In this document: positions 56,393 to 64,000 of the stretch, in pieces | Layout of the letters: each line of letters starts with the position of its first letter | How positions within the stretch are numbered: the stretch's first letter is position 1 | Translations under genes and position numbers: made by a program | The notes under the pieces: generated by a model | Database searches by the model: none | Seen by the model: only the letters and a program-made list of their open reading frames with translations | Told to the model about the DNA's origin: nothing | Origin: Macrostomum lignano | Lineage: Eukaryota | Assembly (NCBI GenBank): GCA_002269645.1 | Contig: NIVC01000024.1 | Span: forward strand, 806,001 to 870,000 | Length of the DNA stretch: 64,000 nucleotides | Reading direction: 5' to 3'

Positions 56393-56749
56393 CCATGTTA
56401 CTTAATTATTTTTCGTCGTCTTGTGCGGTGACTTTCTGCAGCTTATTTTAATAATTTTTATTCCAGTCAGTTTCTGTGTTTGTTATGTAAGTCAGATTTT
56501 ATATTTTTCAAATATGACTGGTTTCATTTTTATCGCCTTCATCTGTTCCTCATAGCGCCACGGAGATGCTTCTGCTATTTCTCGTTTTCCAGTCAGTTCT
56601 CGTGCAGCAAAAGTATTCTTAACTAGTCACGTTTGAGTCCCAGCAGCTCTTCTCCTCATTGATATTATTCTTTTCTCATCTCGCATACATGTTAATGTGC
56701 TTGTTGCTCTGGCTCTGCAACCACCTTGTGTTTTTGCTTTATCTCACAA

Positions 56750-57350
56750 ACTACAGCTGTCACCCAATCTGTGCGAGTCACCCCAGCTGTCACCCAATCT
56801 GTGCGAGTCACCCCAGCTGTCACCCTATCTGTGTGAGTCACCCCAGCTGTCACCCAATCTGAGAGTCACCCCAGCTGTCACCCTATCTGTGTGAGTCACC
56901 CCAGCTGTCACCCAATCTGTGTGAGTCACCCCAGCTGTCACCCCATCTGTGTACGTCACCCCCAGCTGTCACCCCATCTTTGAGTCACCCCAGGTGCCAC
57001 CCTATCTGTGTGAGTCACCCCAGCTAACTATCTATGAGTCACTCCAGCTGTCACCCCATCTGTGTGAGTCACCCCAGCTGTCACCCCATCTGTGTGAGTC
57101 ACCCCAGCTGTCACCCCATCTGTGTGAGTCACCCCAGCTGTTACCCTATCTGTGTACGTCACCCCCAGCTGTCACCCCATCTGTGAGTCACCCCATCTGA
57201 GTCACCCCAGGTGCCACCCTATCTGTGTGAGTCACCCCAGCTAACTATCTATGAGTCACCCCAGCTGTCAACCCATCTGTGAGTCACCCCATCTGTGAGT
57301 CACCCCTGCTGTCACCCCGTCTGTGAGTCCCCCATCTGTGAGTCACCCCA
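56750..57350 (+). repeat. 30-bp minisatellite (GTCACCCCAGCTGTCACCCAATCTGTGTGA), degenerating distally
   Basis: Direct. Confidence 0.9.
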
Positions 57351-57944
57351 ACTGCCCCTTGTTTCCTTCTCTCAAAAAAGCAACTCTCAATTATCATGCA
57401 TTGATCGGTGACTTCCACACTGCAGCAATATATTAAAGTTGTCAAACTTGTGTCCAATTCTTCATGGGACATTTTTAAAACAGTTGACTGTATTCCAAAA
57501 TTCTTTTGCTATGACTGTCTTTCTTTTTGAGATTAACCGTTTTACTCCCAGTAATAGTTTTCATTGTTTTTTGACAACACACGAAGCAATATCTATTGCA
57601 CTGCTTGCAATAGCTGGCTTTGAATTTACTCCTCTCTGTCGGTGTTTGTGCTCTTGTATTTGTGTCTGACTGTCTGTCTGTTTACCTTTCTGCTAGATAT
57701 TTTAAGTTTTTTTATCGTTATTAATTGAGATTTGGTGTCCAATTTCCAATGCTGAACTATAAAGTTTGAAAAGCACTTCCAATGAGAGAAAAATTCTTTA
57801 ATTGTGTTTTTTATTTACAAATTGCACTACTTATAAAACTTGATAGCTTAGTAGTGCAGTAAAAATACGGTTTTGATTTTTTGCAATGCGATGTTTGGGT
57901 TAAATTAACATAAAAAGTAGGTAGAATCACGGACTAACTGAACC

Positions 57945-58660
57945 ACCAGCTGACCCACTAACTGACCCACCAGCTGACCCACCAACTGACCCACCAGCTG
58001 ACCCATCAACTGACCCACCAGCTGACCCATCAACTGACCCACCAGCTGACCCATCAACTGAACCACCAACTGACCCACCAACTGCCAAACTGACCCATCA
58101 ACTGACCCACCAACTGACCCACCAGCTGACCCATCAACTGACCCACCAGCTGACCCATCAACTGAACCACCAACTGACCCACCAACTGCCAAACTGACCC
58201 ACCAACTGACCCACCAGCTGACCCACCAACTGACCCATCAACTGACCCACCAACTGACCCATCAACTGACCCACCAGCTGACCCATCAACTGAACCACCA
58301 ACTGACCCACCAACTGCCAAACTGACCCACCAACTGACCCACCAGCTGACCCACCAACTGACCCATCAACTGACCCACCAACTGACCCATCAACTGACCC
58401 ACCAACTGACTCATTAACTGACCCACCAGCTGACCCACCAAATGACCCACCAACTGACCCATCAACTGACCCACCAACTGACCCACCAGCTGACCCACCA
58501 GCTGACCCACCAGCTGACCCACCAACTGACCCATCAACTGACCCATCAACTGACCCATCAACTGACCCATCAACTGAACTACCAACTGACCCACAACTGA
58601 CCCACCAGCTGACCCACCAACTGACCCAAACTGACCCAAACTAATCCACAACTGACCCGC
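57945..58660. repeat. 12-bp repeat (AACTGACCCACC)
   Basis: Direct. Confidence 0.93.
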
Positions 58661-58673
58661 CGACGCTCCGCAG

Positions 58674-63184
<4,511 letters not shown>

Positions 63185-63449
63185 CTAACTGTCAAATAAT
63201 TTGTTCTCTTGCGCTATGCACTGGGTCCGATTTTTAATGACATTCCAATTTTTTCTTTTCAATTTTTGTAGCCTTTTTTAGTGTTTTTCTACCGATATTA
63301 CTGCATAGAGAATCTCGCGAAAGTTTTTTCTTGGGCGTTGACGCGTGCAGCTTCACTTGATGCTGGGTTGACTTTTTTTACCTGAGACATATTTACTAGT
63401 TATAATGTACTTTTTATTGATGAGATTGATTAGAATCGTGAGCATTCCT

Positions 63450-64000
63450 TTTTCCTCTCCCTCGGTGTTTGAGAATCTGCCTCTCCGCTCCCTCAGTGCT
63501 TGAGAATCTGCCTCTCCGCTCCCCTCAGTCACTGAATCTGCCTCTCCGCCCCCCTCAGTCACTGAATCTGCCTCTCCGCTCCCTCAGTCACTGAATCTGC
63601 CTCTCCGCTCCCTCAGTCACTGAATCTGCCTCTCCGCTCCCTCAGTCACTGAATCTGCCTCTCCGCCCCCCTCAGTCACTGAATCTGCCTCTCCACCCCC
63701 CTCAGTCACTGAATCTGCCTCTCCGCTCCCTCAGTCACTGAATCTGCCTCTCCGCCCCCCTCAGTCACTGAATCTGCCTCTCCACCCCCTCAGTCACTGA
63801 ATCTGCCTCTCCACCCCCTTCAGTCACTGAATCTGCCTCTCCACCCCCTCAGCCACTGAATCTGCCTCTCCGCTCCCTTAGTGCTTGAGAATCTGCCTCT
63901 CCACCCCCCTCAGTCACTGAATCTGCCTCTCCACCCCCCTCAGTCACTGAATCTGCCTCTCCACCCCCCTCAGTCACTGAATCTGCCTCTCCACCCCCCT
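63450..64000. repeat. About 30-bp minisatellite (CTCAGTCACTGAATCTGCCTCTCCGCTCCC); runs off the window end
   Basis: Direct. Confidence 0.95.

Overview
Eukaryotic (metazoan) genomic DNA with GC-rich exons and introns almost all filled by their own mini- or microsatellite. The style suggests a flatworm such as Macrostomum, but that is inference only. Left to right: an AC-rich satellite; a cluster of intronless secretory-type genes (a degenerate C-type lectin, a 622-aa secreted three-domain precursor with furin sites, and a second C-type lectin split by a decayed, 5'-truncated Ty3/Gypsy element that keeps its 3' LTR, PPT and an intact -1 frameshift signal); an LRRC27-like gene (+); a divergent calmodulin-like gene (+); an orphan secreted 8-Cys protein (-); a two-SRCR lysyl oxidase-like gene (-); a strongly diverged AP3D1 (+); and an ankyrin + DHHC-like gene (+) in which DHHC is replaced by WRHS. 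Several MITEs are present (four with 8-bp TSDs), plus a tandem array of RFX X-box-like motifs. Exon structures were read by eye from GT-AG sites and frame continuity. Family assignments come from remembered motifs, not database searches. Best candidates for something undescribed are the furin-cleaved repeat-domain secreted protein (9249-11117) and the DHHC pseudoenzyme.
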